In this document: one piece after another, positions 40,964 through 55,565 of the stretch | Numbering within the stretch: position 1 is the stretch's first letter | Layout of the letters: every line of letters starts with the position of its first letter | Position numbers and translations under genes: made by a program | The notes under the pieces: generated by a model | Told to the model about the DNA's origin: nothing | Seen by the model: only the letters and a program-made list of their open reading frames with translations | Databases searched by the model: none | NCBI GenBank assembly: GCA_023213395.1 | Contig: CM041465.1 | Span: 77,755,741-77,819,740, forward strand | Reading direction: 5' to 3' | DNA: 64,000 nucleotides | From: Cycas panzhihuaensis | Lineage: Eukaryota > Plantae > Cycadophyta

Positions 40964-43900
40964 CCCTTAAAGTTTTTTAACATTTTAGTTTTAGAATTAT
41001 TTTATTATTATATAAGTGATGGGTCATTAAGGGTTATAACTCTCATATCATATGTATCAACTAATTAGGAATTATATTCTATTTAAGATTTGTATTTAGG
41101 CACATATAGTGCATTATTAAATTTTAATGAGAGATGACTTCACTTTGAGATTTTATCATTAATATGAAATGAAATTTTCATATTATTTGATAGCTAATCT
41201 TGTTAAGTTAGATCTTCATTCTTGTTATAATTAATTTTTAGTAGTTTGTATGGTATCAAAGCTATATTTTTATATATTGTAATATCCTGTAATGTTGCTT
41301 ATAAAGTTGGGTAATTTAGTTTTTTAGTAGATTTTACATATATATTATAGGATATTTGTTAAGGTTGGTTATAGGTACTCACATTAAGGAACTTCCCTAT
41401 AGTGGTTATTTTCAAACATAGTCATCTGAGTGCTGTTGAACATGCATAACTAGTATAATCTTAAAGGGGGAGTAGTTATTAATAGGTTGTAGATGATTAT
41501 TCATCAAATTAGTTAGTATAATATTTTATAGGTTACAAATACTTATTCATACCTCTAAGTATTAATTTTTATATGTTTTTTTTCTACACTATGAACTCTT
41601 CAATATATATGACATTAATGAAGTTTTTTATTAGCATGCATGTATTTGTAAGTCACTAACATGTTAGCAATTTAGAGTCGTATTTTATGTAGGAAATTCT
41701 CTTAGTTTGTTGAGCATATTACATATTGTATTTAATAATAACATGTAATGTTAAAGATTGATATAAAATCTAATTGAGTCACATCTAGGTTGAACAAATG
41801 GTATATAGATAGGTAGAAAGACACCTACTACTAAGACAATGACATGAAAATAATGAGAGATATATGCAAACAATTTCATAGGTAGAACAGAAACCCATTA
41901 TTATTATACAAGTAATCAAACAAACACCTTCACAAGCCTCTATTAAATATAACATTGATTAATGATAAAAAAACATTATGTAAGAAATGATATTGATGAG
42001 CATTAAGATATTGAGCTATTAAAACTTAATAGAGAAAAAACACTATTAAAAAAATATTGTTGAAACACCTATATTGAAAAGTGATAAATAAACTAATGAA
42101 GGGACTACATTTTATTATTTCATCAATTAAATAAAGCATAGTCTTGAAGTATATTAAAAAATACATAATATAATTTTTTTAAACTTAATAAAAAAAATTA
42201 TAAAATTAATACCCATATGGCACACATTTTTGGGTGACCTACGATGAATAAAAATAGCATCCAATGATAGATCTAATTAATCTAGCTATAATAGAGGATG
42301 TACATAGATTCATGGCTTATAGACAAAGTATGTCTTGCCTTAATCAAAGAAATCATAAAGGAAAATATCACCCAATTGATCCAAATAAAGATGAACTAAA
42401 TGGAGATAAATAATAGCTAGAGGAGATGCCCACACAAGTATGCATAATTAAGAAATAATTACAAAGGGATAAAAATACATAATATAATTTTTTTAAACTT
42501 AATAAAAAAAATTATAAAATTAATACCCATATGACACACATTTTTGGGTGACCTACGATGAAAAAAAGTAGTATCCAATGATAGATCTAATTAATCTAGC
42601 TATAATAGAGGATGTACATAGATTCATGTCTTATAGACAAAGTATGTCTTACCTTGATTAAAGAAATCATAAAGGAAAATATCACCCAATTGATCCAAAT
42701 AAAGATGAACTAAATGGAGATAAATAATAGCTAGAGGAGATGCCCACACAAGTATGCATAATTAAGAAATAATTACAAAGGGATATAAATATAATTGTAG
42801 ATAAAACAAATGCTATACAACATAGAGAGAAGAGGAGAGGTTAAACAAGAGTTCCTAAATGGGAAAAAATTCACTCAACATAAATTAGATCAACATATTG
42901 AAAGCATAGATAAATTGTAGGTCTAAATAGGTTGTATATAAGAGATTATGATAAAGTACAAGTGAGAAATTAGACCCAAAGATGGAAAGCTACTCACATA
43001 AGTCTAAATAAGGATGAAGGAGGAATATAGGCATTTTTTATATGCCAAATCATTATTGGTGCAATAAAACCCCTAACATTGTCTTATCATTTTTGTCTGT
43101 GATAGCTTAACAATGTAGTGCTAGAGTTATTTTTAGGGAAAAATGACTTCATTTGTTAGAAAAACTAGATTTTGTAGAGAATGCCAATGTTGCACATGTT
43201 ATTTTAACAAATATTTCATAGGGAATATTCTTCGATAAATTTTGGATAAAAAATAATTTTAGCTATCTAAAGTTTGGGGCATATTAAACTTGGTTGGATT
43301 TTATTTTAAACTCTGGTGTAAAGCCTCTTACCAATTAGCCCCCAATCACATTGCATTTTAGGAGTCAAGGCCATTGCTAGATAATTTAAAGTATTACTAG
43401 ATAATTTAAAGTCCATTTTGGGAAAACAAATATGCCATAGTACACGATTTTTTAAGATCTACAATTTGGCAATAATAATATATAATACTTCAATATAAAA
43501 TCTTGGTGAAAAAATAACTTTTTATATTCTTTTGATATATTTTGGTTACCTATAAGTACACTAGGGTAAAAAAATCAATCATACCAACCACTTCCATATA
43601 GATTGATGACTCTTATAACTTTCTAACTTTATTTATGTGCTTGTTTAGGTTTTTTTAAATTAGTTTTTTACTTAAAATGGATTATGGAGGAAGCGTAATA
43701 GGAACAATCATAGATAATCTAATAGGTCATGTCAACTATACCATTTAAAAACATTAAATATTTAGTTTCTTTTATCTAAATGATCTCTAGAGGTATGTAT
43801 ATAGCTTTTTAAATGATTGGAATACTATAGAGATTATTACCTTTTAAAATAAATTGAATATCAGTATTAACTTTAATATTGAATCTTAATAAAAGATACG

Positions 43901-46900
43901 AATACATTTAGTTTTCTTAACTTATCTATCAATGGTAGTGTTATTTTGAACATTAAGGATGCTATTATACCAAAGCAAATATAGGACATGGTCATAAATG
44001 CATTTGAACATAAGGATAACATAAGACTCCTAAACCTATGAAGTCAACTATACACTCTAAAGATGACCAAAAATATAATGGGTTTCATGTGAGATATTAG
44101 ATTAATTTAGGATTAATTATTAACAATTAGGAAGATCATTCCTAATTTAGAAATCATTCCTTATGTGTTGAGAAATATACCACTCCAATATGAGAACTTT
44201 ACAAACATATTAACGTCATCTAATAATTATCCATCCTAAAGATTAGTTCTTTAGAATTATTTCTTATGGAACATGAGTAAAACTTAAAGCATATGAATGA
44301 TTAATCATCTAAAGCACTAGCATTAAAATTAAAAGGTAAATAAACTTATATTCTAAAGAAGAATACACCTTCCAAATCTATAATTCAAAATGGTAAACTA
44401 GGAGCATTAAAGGGATAATATAGTCCTAAATATTATCATTGTAGTAAGTTAGGTCATATTAAGAAAGATTATTGGGTATGATAGTGTTAATAGTTCTCTT
44501 AATGATCTTAGAATCAACCCAAATAATAAAAAGAGTAGTAATAATAATGATGATCACGTAGATAATGTGGTCATACTATGAAATCAATTAAAGATACATC
44601 TATCACAATTACAATACAATTATTTATTATCGCATACAAAATAGGTTCTATTGCACTAGATGTATGGTTCATTAATTCAGGTGCATCAAACATATAACTA
44701 GGAGGTTAGAATGATTTAGTGAGATATGGTAGGTGAATAAAAAAGCTATTATTAAGGATGACACCAAGTCAAAAGTAATTAGAATTGAAAAGGTACCACT
44801 TACTTTACTAAACTATGATAAACAACATTTGAAAAATATCTTATATATATTAAATCTAAAGGCTAATATTATTTAAGCTAGTAAAATTGAATAATGAGGT
44901 ATGACTATAATATTCGATCAAGGATAGTGCATGGTTTGAGATAAATAAAATAAGGTTGTAGCCATAGTACTTAGAGAGAATAATATGTACAAACTATAAG
45001 GATACTCTTATGCATAAAAAGCATTCTTTATTATATCACCCAAATAAAAATTATTGTATAAAAGAATGGGTCATTTAAACTACTCTAATCTCTAATTAAT
45101 ATATAAATTAAAAATAATGTATGGTCTACCTTTGATTAATAATAAAAGTTATTTATATAAATCCTATATTTTTGGTAAGCAACATAGAGAACTATTTCTT
45201 AAAAAAGAAAACATAGAGAGTGAAGGTAAAATTAGTATTAGTTCACTCTAATATTTATGGACCAATATTTGTTATTTTACTTCATGAAGTAAAATATTTT
45301 ATCACTTTCATTAGTCACTTTTCAAGAAAAGTCTAGGTTTTTTCACTAAGAGAAAAATCACAAGCCTTCATATACTTCAAATAATGTAAGGAATTGACAA
45401 AGAATAAAAGTGAACAAAATATCATGGTCCTATAAACTAACAATGTTGGAGAATATACTTTAAATGGATTCACTTAGTTATGCAAAAATCATGGAATTTA
45501 GAGGTAATTTTTTACCACCTATACACATCAATAGAATAGAATTATTAAGTGGATGAATAGAACTTTTGTTGAAAAAGCTAAAGTAATGATGAAAGTCAAA
45601 GATGCTACAAACATATGGGTAGAAGTTGTAAATACAGTAGTATATCTAATGAACATAAGCACTATAAGGGATATGAGGAATATAACCCTTGAGGAAGCTT
45701 ACTAAGGTAGGAAACCAACTATAAGTCATTTAAGAAATTTTGAATGGAATGTATACATACATATTTTAAAAGAGAAATAATGAAAGTTTGATGATAAAAG
45801 CATGAAGTATATCCTTATTGGATACTCTAAGGAAAGTAAAGCATACTTAACTCTAAATTTTTATATAACTCATGATGTTATTTTTTAAGAAGATGATACT
45901 CAAGATGTTGGTTTAATTGAGGTTGAGGATTGGGTAGAGGAGCTTCCTAATTATAATACTTCACATGATATTATTCAACCTAAATATAAGTCATTTGATA
46001 TAAGTGAAGAAGTAGAATTAGAATCCTTTTAGTTTCTAAAATTTAAATTTGAGTAGATGCCAAAGAAAGTACTAAAGTTAAAGCTAGAGCTAAAGTCATA
46101 AAAATTATCTGATTCATTACTTTTATCTTTAAAAAAGAATCTTCTAAAATGGTACGTAAAAACTATGGAGGATACTAAAAAAATGTTACCTAATTCTAAA
46201 GGAAAGAAAAAGTAAAAAATATAACCTTTTGAATAGGAGATGATAGCTCTAATGGAACATGTATTAGATGGAAATAAATAATCAGTTATTTAAGAAATAA
46301 TAAAAAACAAAAGTGGAATGATGCTATGAAGTCTAAAATCCAAGCTATGATGAAGAATTACATATGGGATTTAGTTGAATTACCCGTTGGAAAGTATATA
46401 ATTGGATGCAAATGGTTCTACAAGAAAAAAATTTAAATACAAAGCTTGACTTATAGTGAAAGACTTTAAGTAGCTAGAAGAAATTGACTACCAAGAAACA
46501 TTTACTCCTATTACAAAGACAAATACCATTTGACTCATTATGGTGATAGCTACATAATTCAATTGACAACTATACTATATGGATATGAAGAGCACATTTT
46601 TAATAGGGATTTAAATGAAGAATCCTAAGAACAACCACTTAACTTTATTAAAAAAGGTTAAGAGAAATAGGTATGCTAACTCAGAAAGGGATTATACAAC
46701 CTAAAATAAGATCCTAGCACCTAGTATGAAAATATTGATTAGTACTTTCTGAAAAATGGATTTGAGAGATCTCCAACTAATTCAAATCTATATATTAAAA
46801 AAGACAATGATAATATCATATTTATGGTGTTGTATATTGATGATCTACTAATCATAAACAATGATATCAATATGATATAAAACTTAAAAGTAGATTTTAG

Positions 46901-48128
46901 TTATTTATTTAAGATGACATATCTAAGAATTTTACACTACTTCCTTAGTATGGAAATATGACAAAGGCTTGAATATGTCTTTATTTCACATGCAAAATAT
47001 ACCTAAAAAATTCTTTTAAAAATTAGAATAGATAATTATAAACCTACACCTATCTTGATAGAGATAGGTTCCTCATTAGTAATGAAAAATAGTAGAGTAG
47101 ATATAGATTCAATGTTGTATAGGTAATTAGTGGGAAGCCTAATATACTTGATTATTATTAGAGCTAGTATATCTTTTGTAGTTGAAATGGTACCTAAATT
47201 TATGTAATATCAAAACAAAATCATTAGAAAGCTATAAAATAAATCATAAAATACTTAAAAGGGGCTATTCAATATGGACTTAAATCCCATCATAATAATA
47301 ATTTCAAATTGACAAAGTTTATAGATTTTGATTGGGCTAGATATATAGATAGTATAAGCTCAACTTTTGGATATTATTTTAAATTTAGATCAGCTATCAT
47401 CATATGGAATAGTGAAAAGTAATCAAATATTATTTTATATTTGACTAAAAAAGAGTACAAGACTATAATCATAACAATTAGTAAAGCCATTTCATTACAA
47501 CAAATTCTAGAGGACATAAGATTATTGTAATGAGAACTAACTATCTTATATTGTAATAATCATAGTACTTTGAATATTATAGAAAATTTTATATTTCACA
47601 CCTGCACCAAATACATTGAGGTGCATCATAAGTTTATTTATTAATTAATTTTAAAATGTATGATTAAGATGGTTCATAGGCTAATAGAAGAACAATTGGA
47701 TGATAACTTCTTGAAACTACTAGTACATGAAAGATTTTAGCCTTTTTAGAATAGTTTATATGCCAAAAAAATGAAATAAACATTAAGGGGAGGTGTTAAT
47801 ATTAATATTTATTTATGGGTCATGACTTTGGCTATGATCCTTCCCTTAAGTTTTGTAACATATTAGTTATAGGATTATTTTATTATTATATGAGTGGTGA
47901 ATCATTAGGGGTCATAACCATCACATCACATGTGTTAATTAGTTAGGAAGTAAATTATGTTTAAGGTTTATATTGATGCATATATTGTGTATTATTAAAT
48001 TTTAATGAGAAATGACTCAACTTTGAGATTTTATCATTAAAGAGAGATGAATTTTTTGTATTATTTGATAGTTAATCTTCTTAAGTTAGATCTCAATTCC
48101 TATTATAATTGATTTTTAGTTGTTTACA
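40964..48128 (+). mobile_element. Old Ty1/copia element C
   Basis: 5' LTR (start lost) 40964-41250, PBS TGGTATCAAAGC 41251-41262, knuckle YYHCSKLGHIKKDYW ~44430, protease WFINSGAS ~44665, integrase ~45150-45890, RT ~46280-47000 (LYIDDL), RNase H ~47320-47740, PPT ATTAAGGGGAGG, 3' LTR 47794-48128. Confidence 0.92.
42157..42784. repeat. Tandem duplication, 2 x 314 bp
   Basis: Units start at 42157 and 42471, with about 8 mismatches by eye. Confidence 0.95.
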
Positions 48129-49189
48129 CTTCAAATATGACATTATAAGTCATGTGTTTCTTTTTGGTCTTTAACTCTCATACCTAATATGCTTTTCTTT
48201 CTTCACTATACCTAATAAAGATATACTTGAAACTTTTATCATTGAACTTTTATTTTTTCTCCTTTAGAATATGCATATATGTATAGTGCATATAAAGATT
48301 CTCAAATGGCTCATAGTAGGATTTTTACTTATCCATGTTTCCTCTAGAATGCTTTAATAGAATTTTTATTCACTAGATAAGTTATTATATACATAGCTTC
48401 TACCCATAAAAATTTAATTTTTTTTTTCCTTTTCATCATGTACTTGGATTTTTCATACTAATATTGTGTTCATTCTATTTATAACTCCATTTTTTTATGG
48501 CGTATATATAGTTCTTAGATTCTTTTAAATACCACTGTCCTTATAGTACTACTCAAATGCTTTAGAAGTATATTCTCTCTTATTTCTTAATCTAAGGAAT
48601 TTTTAACCTATGACTATTTATTTTTAACTTTCTTAATAAACTCTTTAAAGATATCAAAACTATAGGACCTTTTCATTATGAGATTGATAGAAATGGGTAC
48701 ATGAGCAACATCACAGGATCACAGAATTAACAACATCACAGGATATATTAGATATTGAACATGCACACAAATTTGACAGGTGGAAAACCCCTTCCGGGGA
48801 AGAAAAACTACCTCCTAAATTCTAGTTTTATTAATAAAATAATACTGAACAAAAACCATGTGGTGAAACCACTTACAGACTAAACCAGCCTTTGAAAAAG
48901 ACATGAAGATAGCCCTCCTAGATTCCTGGGACATGTTCCAAAATTTTAGGAGATTAAATACTAAGGAGGTTTGTTGAAATGCAGTATCACAATTTCAATG
49001 ACCTTCCACAAATTTAATTAAATAAACCTAAGTTAAAAACATTACAATGACTTAAATTATATTTTAGACATGTGACATAAATAATTACATTAAAATACAT
49101 AAGTTTACATTATACAATCTAACATCCCCCTTTAATGTAAACTTTTGTACTGGAGAGAAAAGAAGATCTTCATCCTGATGATCCCCCTT

Positions 49190-52100
49190 TGATGGAGACT
49201 TCTTTTATCTCTAATAAATCTTTGAGATGTAAATACTTCACTTTAGTTAGAGACTTTGTAAGTATATCGATAATCTGTAAATCTGTTGGACAATAAGATA
49301 AATAAATAATATTATCAGTAACTAGATTACGTATAAAATGCTGATGTAATTCTATATGTTTAGTTCTAGAATGTGAAACAGGATTAGAAGTAATAGCAAT
49401 TACACCTTAATTATCAACTTTAATTTCAATTGAAGAGTTTAGAGTCAGACCAATTTCATTGAGTAGAGATTTTAGCCAAAGTGCTTCTTTACCAGCTTCA
49501 ACTAATGCTCAATATTCAGCTTCAATTATTGATAACGCCAGTGCCTGCATTTTTTTTGCTTGACCAGGTAATAGGTGAGAAATCAATAAAAAATACATAA
49601 CCAGAAGTAGATTTACGATCATTTGAATCACCTGCCCAATTGGAATCAGTATATCCAGTTAATGTTAATTGTTTATTATAAAATCTATAAGTTAAACCAT
49701 GAAACACAGTATTCTTTAGATAACGTAAGATTCGTTTGGCTGCTTTCCAGTGAGATTCATGTGGTTGTTGCATGTATCTGGAGCATAAAGCAACAGCATA
49801 AGAAATGTCAGGGTAGGTGTGTGTAAGATAAATTAGACTACCAATAAGTTGTCTATAAAGAGTTGGATCACATAACGGAGTTGAACAATTAGTAGTTAGT
49901 TTAACTCTTGATTGTAAAGGATTAGTTACAGGTTTATCATTTTCCATGTTAAACCTTTAAAGTAAATCAAGAATATACTTAGGTTGAGATAGTGATATAT
50001 TTGATTGATTTTGATAAATTTGTAAACCTAAAAAATAATGTAATAGTCCTAAATCTATTATTTCAAATTTGTTCATTAAGGTTGATTTGAGATGATGAAT
50101 ATTATGGGTTGATGATCCAGTGATAATGATGTCATCAATATAAAAAATTAAAATGGTAAGATTTTCATCTTCACGTTTAAAATAGAGATTTGGATCACTA
50201 ATACATCTAGTGTATTTAATGTGGATTAAGTAATCATCAACTTTGGTATACCAAGCTCGAGGAGCTTATTTCAAACCATAAATAGATTTTTTAAGTTTAC
50301 AGACTAAATTAGGATTTTCAATGAATCCAGGTGGCTGTGACATGTAGATCTCTTCTTTGAGATTACCATTCAAGAAAGCACTCTTAACATCCATTTGGTG
50401 GATTTCCCAACCAAATTTGGCTGCAAGAGCAATGATGGTCTTGATTGTATTCATCTTTGCAACAGGAGCAAAGGTTTCATTATAGTCAATGCCATCTATT
50501 TGGGAAAATCCTTTGGCAACAAGACGAGCTTTATATTTTTCCATTGTGCCTGTTGAATTATATTTAGTTCTATAAACCCATTTACAGTGAACTACATTTT
50601 TTCCGGGTGGAAGTGGAATAAGATCCCAGGTAGAATTTTTAATTAAGGCAGCAAATTCAGTCTGCATAGCATCTTGCCAAACAGGATTGTTGCTAGTTTG
50701 TTTAAAAGTTTTAGGATCATTATTTTCCATTATTTTTTCTATTAAAGCAAAATTTGCATGAAGTTTTTATGCACGTGTGCGCCTAGTATCAATAGGATTG
50801 CCTACATTAGATCCAGCATCAGCAAGCATTTTGGTTGCCCAAATTGATTGCTTGTGAGTAATTGAATCTGAGGTTGTAGGATGACTCGATGTGCTAGATT
50901 GAAGAGAAGGATCTATATCAGTTGGTTCTGATAAAGTCCAATTTTGGACTTGAGTTGATAAAGAATCTATGATGTCTGAATCAACTTGTTTTTCAGAATC
51001 ATCAACCAAACGAGTGTTGGTTAATAAGTCTTCAACAGGGAATTTTACATAAGTAGATGTTGAAGTAGATCCTTCTTCATCAAATACTACATCACACAAA
51101 ATAGAAATATTATGCGTGACTGGATCTAAAAGTCTACATGCTTTACTTTCTTTGCTATAGCCAACGAAGATGTATTTTTGACTTTTTTTTATCTAACTTT
51201 TTATGTTTTTCGTGAGGAATATGTCCCCACACGATACTACCGAAGATTCGTAAGTGTTGAACAGATGGTTTCCTTCTAGACCATTTTTGTTTTGGAGTGA
51301 TATTTTGTAAACTTTTACTGGGTAAACGGTTTAATAAGTAATTAGAGTAGTTAATTGCTTCTGCCCATATTTTTAGATCAAGATTTTTTGTATGTAACAT
51401 GCAACGAGTCATTTCAACAAGAGTACAGTTTTTGCATTCTACAACACTGTTTTGTTGAGGTGTATATGCAACTGAATATTGGAATTTGATTCCATTTGAT
51501 TTGCAGAGGAAGATGAAATTTTTACTTAAATATTCCTTAGCATTATCAAATCAGAATATTTTGATTCTTGAATTGGATTGATTTTCCACTAATGTTTTAT
51601 ATTCAACAAAAATGTTGAACACTTGACTGCATGTTTTAAGCATATAAACCCAACATTTTCTTGAATAATCATCAATGAATGTAACAAAATAATAAGATCC
51701 TGAATATGATGGAATATGAAAAGGTCCACATATATTAGAGTGGATAAGTTCTAGTGGAGCAATTACTCACAATTGAGTTTTGTGTGGAAATGGATCCATG
51801 TGTTATTTGCCTGTTACATAGGCTTCACAAACACCATAAACAGTGTTTAATGGTGGTAAACCATGGACCATTTCATGCTTGATTAAATATTACAATTTGC
51901 CATAGCTAGTATAGCCAAATCTTGCATGCCAAAGTTTCTTGTGGTCAGATTTAGCAATGAAGGCACTAAATGATTTTGATTTATTATTTTAAAAATTATT
52001 CATGCTATAGAGACCTGTATTATGATCAACATGTCCTAAAGCAATACGTTTGAATTTGTGTAATGGATCTTTAATGATAAATTTATTTTTCTAGAATTCG

Positions 52101-53431
52101 ACAATAAGGTCTTTCTGGCAAATTTAATATACTGAGAGGAGGTTTGGTAACAAACTAGGTACATAAAAAATGTCCTTGATTGAACCATCCTTCAGGGTAA
52201 CGTCACCAGATCCTTTAACTTTGAGTTGATTACCACTACCAAATGAAATCTCTTCTTTAGAGTTCATTTCAGATTGATAGGTAGATAAGTTTTTTTGGTG
52301 TCCAATCATATGATGGGATGCACCAAAGTCAATGATCCATTGTGGTGGTTGATTGGAAGGAGCAACAAACACAAAAGTTGTTGCTGCCAAGGAACGATTA
52401 TGAAATTGACGATTTTGTGATCGTGATTGCGAGTTCGATTGGAAATAAGATTGAGAATGAGATTGCAGTTTATTTTGCAATCCCTTAAAAGCTTTCCATG
52501 CTTTTGAAGCTATTCTACTTCTACAGATATCAATAGTATGACCTCTTTTATGATAGTAGGCACAACTAGAGTTTTGAGAAGAAGATGCATTGTTTCTATT
52601 AGAAACGTATTGATTGGAAGTATTCTAGTTTTCAGTTGGACTAGAATATTTAACATTATTGTGAGTATTAGATGGTGAACCTCGATGAGGTTTCTGGAAT
52701 TTTTTATTATTATTATGGAAGTTGTTATTCTGTTGTTTGCTTTTAAATTATGGCTTAGTTTTAGAAAACAAAGCCTGTGAGTAATCTTTTATTGCACCTA
52801 TTCTGATTAATATTGTTTGATATTCAATCAGCTGATTTGTCAGTTGATTGAATGTGATGGGTGGATTGCCAGCTTGTTGTTTGGCAGCTTGGTAAAGATT
52901 GAAGTATTTTGGTAATTTATTAACTGCAAGACGTACGAGCGTGTCGTCATCTTTGACATGCGTAGTTATTTTTTCTATATCACCTTCTTTGGTTTTTTAT
53001 TTAATACAATTATCTAAATCTTTATTGATTAATTAAATTTTTATTAAGAAATCCTCAACAATTGTAAAGTCATCAAAGGTAAGATTATATAATTGCTCTT
53101 CTAAGATAGCTACTTGATGTGTATCAACCTTGTCGTATTTTTCTTCTAATGTTTTCCAGACAGTGGCTAAGTCATCTTTTTCAAAAAACTACTGACTGAT
53201 TTCTGGTAAAAGAGAATTTAATATGGTGCCTAATGCGGCATCTGAGTTTATCAGATATATCATAAGATTCTCAATAGCATCGGCTTTTGGTTTTTGAAAT
53301 TCACCTGTTACATATCGCCATACTTTTTACTGTTTAAGCTGATGGGATATGCGATTCCTCCAGTTGGCATAGTTTGAGTCGGTTAATACTGGAATTGGAA
53401 CACAGGTGACTGTCCTTGGCATTAATGCCAT
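49190..53431 (-). pseudogene. gag-pol polyprotein of D (gag, protease, integrase, RT, RNase H) with scattered stops and frameshifts
   Basis: ATG 53431 MALMPRTVTCVPIPVLTDSNYANW, WIIDFGASHHM, IWAEAINYSNYLLNR, KYKARLVAKGFSQ..IHQMDVKSAFLNG, GYTDSNWAGDSNDRKSTSGY. Confidence 0.93.
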
Positions 53432-55338
53432 CTTGGGAATGTTGAGGTATATTTGAATATTAAAAAATTATAAAGGTAATTTAAAAAATAATTACCTAAT
53501 GAAAAATACTAATCTTTATAAAGACATCTTCATTAATTAATTTTAAGATAAAAAGATCATATGTTTTTAAACAGAAATAGACAACAATTAAGCAGTTATT
53601 TTTGAAAAAAGTTTTCTTTAAAAAATAATCCCTCTTAGGAAAAATCCCTTTAGAAAAAATAAACAGTCTCCCTTTAAAAATTAAGAATTCTATTTGACAA
53701 AATTAACAGCTTTCTTAAGTAAGTGATTTTAAAAGACTAGATATTTTGTTTCCCTTTTTATAAACAAAAGTGTATAATGTTTAATATTAAGTTTGAATCT
53801 TATAGATTAAGTGTTGAAAGATAATTAAAAGATGTAATGGTAAAGGATTAATTAGATTTACTTAGAATTTTATATATTAAAAAAAAATGGTTAAATTTAC
53901 TCATTAACATGTATTGAAGAATAGTAATAATAAGATTTATATATATCTTATAAGAAGCAAACTTAAGAGCATAGGATTTTGTAAACAAAGTTTGTATTAA
54001 AACAAAGGGGGTATTTGAGTTATTTTAACAAAGTATTATAGGAGGGGTTTTAAAGTTTGTTAAAATTAACAAAAAAAAAAAAAAATTAAGGGAAGGGAAC
54101 GTCAAAATATAATGTGGAGGGGGGGGAGTCAAAATTATTAATTAGGGAGGGACTTTTAAAATTTGAGGGGGAGAAATTTTGATTTACATCAAAGTATTAG
54201 GTTTAAAGAAAAAAAGTTTACTATTATGATTCATATGAATCAAAAGGAATTGAAAGATAATTATGAAAATTGAGAAATGGAAATTGAAATAAAAGTATTC
54301 AGATATGACCATTAAAGTTTGATTAATAATTAAAGTTTTAGGAAGGGAGGTTAACTTTGATTAGAATCAAAGTATAAGGTTTAAAGAATAGAAAAGGGGA
54401 ATTTAAAGAAAAGAGCAAAGGGATAATTAAAGTTTAGAAAAAGGAAGCTTTATTTCACTTAAATCAAAAGATAAAAGGTTTGTTTTTTTTTTTTTTATAA
54501 AGTTAAGGGGCGGGGGGTTGATTCGATTGAATCAAAAGAATAAAAAATAGTTTTATAAAGTGAAGGGGGGGTTTTAAGATGTTTTAATTAATCAAGGGAT
54601 ATTATAGTTAAAAAAAGGTTTTTGATTTATTAAAAATAAAATAACAAAACAAAATAAAATAACGGGCGGACCTGATGAGATTATAAAGCAAAAAAAATAA
54701 AAACTAAATTAGGTTTTGGGGTGCAGGGGAGAGTAGGTAGAAACCCTACCTTATTTCCTTGCTATGGCAGTGGTGACGTTCACTTACTTGCAACTCTGCA
54801 ACGGAGGCATGAAGACTATGGCGAATTTTGGAGGTGTGTTGGTCTGCAATGAAGGCAAGAGGTCGACATTTACTTACTTGCAGCTCTGCAACAGAGGCAT
54901 GCTAGTTTGCGATGAAGGCGAGAGGGCAACGACTACCTTTCTTTGCTTGTAGGTCTACGACATGGGCATGAGAATAACGGCTACCTTTCTTTGCTTGCAG
55001 GTCCAAAAAATCTTTATTATCTTGAAGTTCAGGGCTCCAACCTTGGCTCCAAACTCAGCTCCAAACCCCGGCTCTCAGAAATCTCCAGATCTCAAGTCCA
55101 ACGCCTTGGAATGGTTTCCTGTCATTACAACTTGGTATGGCATCTTAGACAGAGATCTTCTTCTTAATGGCATGTTATCTTTGTCTTTACGCAGCTTTGT
55201 ATTTGACCCTTGTTAGGGTTTCTTCACAAGAACAACCTTTTTTGTGGCAGTCTCAGACTAGAATACTACATTTAGGCCTGGTTAGGATTTCTACTGCAAG
55301 GATGACCTTTGTTGATGGTTTTTTTGTGTACGACTCTA

Positions 55339-55565
55339 CCTTAATGGCAGTTTTTTTTTAGTACGGCTCTACCTTAATGGTCGTTTAAGTATAGGTTTTG
55401 ATGTAAATAAGTAAAAAAAATAGTTCTGGTAGACTGATATGTAGAAAAAGTTTTGCCTTAATGGCAGTTTTGTGTAAAGGACTGTTGAATGAAAATTTTT
55501 GCCTTAATGGCAATTTTGTATAAAGGACTATTGAATGAAAGATTTTGCCTTAATGGCAGTTTTGA
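55339..55565. repeat. Five CCTTAATGG(CAGTTT) motifs, three with 46-bp spacing, in the D leader
   Basis: Copies at ~55339, 55372, 55456, 55502 and 55548. Confidence 0.8.

Noticed and set aside
55339-55565. Spaced short repeats resembling a CRISPR array
   Set aside because: Eukaryotic retroelement leader, the spacers are themselves similar, and there are no cas genes.
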